Assembly: GCA_019058295.1 (NCBI GenBank)
Contig: JAHPZI010000002.1
Location: 64,001 to 128,000, forward strand
DNA length: 64,000 nt
Reading direction: 5' to 3'
Origin: Promethearchaeota archaeon
Lineage (GTDB): Archaea; Asgardarchaeota; Lokiarchaeia; Sigyniarchaeales; SOKP01
The position numbers were made by a program, and so were the translations under genes. This document shows, piece after piece, positions 63,903 through 64,000 of this stretch. The notes under the pieces are model-generated. The model ran no database searches. It had not been told where the DNA came from and saw only the letters and a list, made by a program, of their open reading frames with translations. Within the stretch, counting starts at the first letter, position 1, and every line of letters begins with the position of its first letter.

Positions 63903-64000
63903 TTGAAATCACTACTTTTTTAACTTAATATAATTATTAATTAAGTTTTCTTAATTTAATATTTTGCAAAAAAAAATCTCATTTTAGTAGGTAGTTTTTA

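Overview
AT-rich archaeal chromosomal window, most consistent with an Asgard archaeon of the Lokiarchaeia/Promethearchaeota type. This is inferred from a Rag-like GTPase with a roadblock/longin-like tail, a second small GTPase, a longin-like/TPR protein, an LRR protein, thermosome, CDC48 and archaeal TrpRS. I recognised no rRNA, tRNA, CRISPR array or transposase. The strongest candidate for an undescribed system is a TrmB-preceded catabolic cluster (16.6-29.3 kb). It joins two divergent glycyl radical enzymes, an FAD oxidoreductase, an acetoacetate-decarboxylase-family protein and two UroD/MtaA-family methyltransferase + corrinoid protein pairs, with no radical-SAM activase in the window. Nearby lie an hdrA(mvhD)-hdrC-hdrB-metV-metF operon, a second metV-metF pair and a short core methionine synthase, suggesting a methyl-group funnel. 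Other notable items: a ~1529-codon receptor-like surface protein (Asp-box, Ig-like, multi-TM, double zinc ribbon) interrupted by one in-frame TAG; two genes that appear to need ATA start codons; a six-repeat kelch-like gene with near-identical 216-222 bp DNA units; an hsp20-cdc48-arsR-peptidase operon; and several perfect palindromes at promoters. Protein calls come from motif recognition only; no database searches were run.
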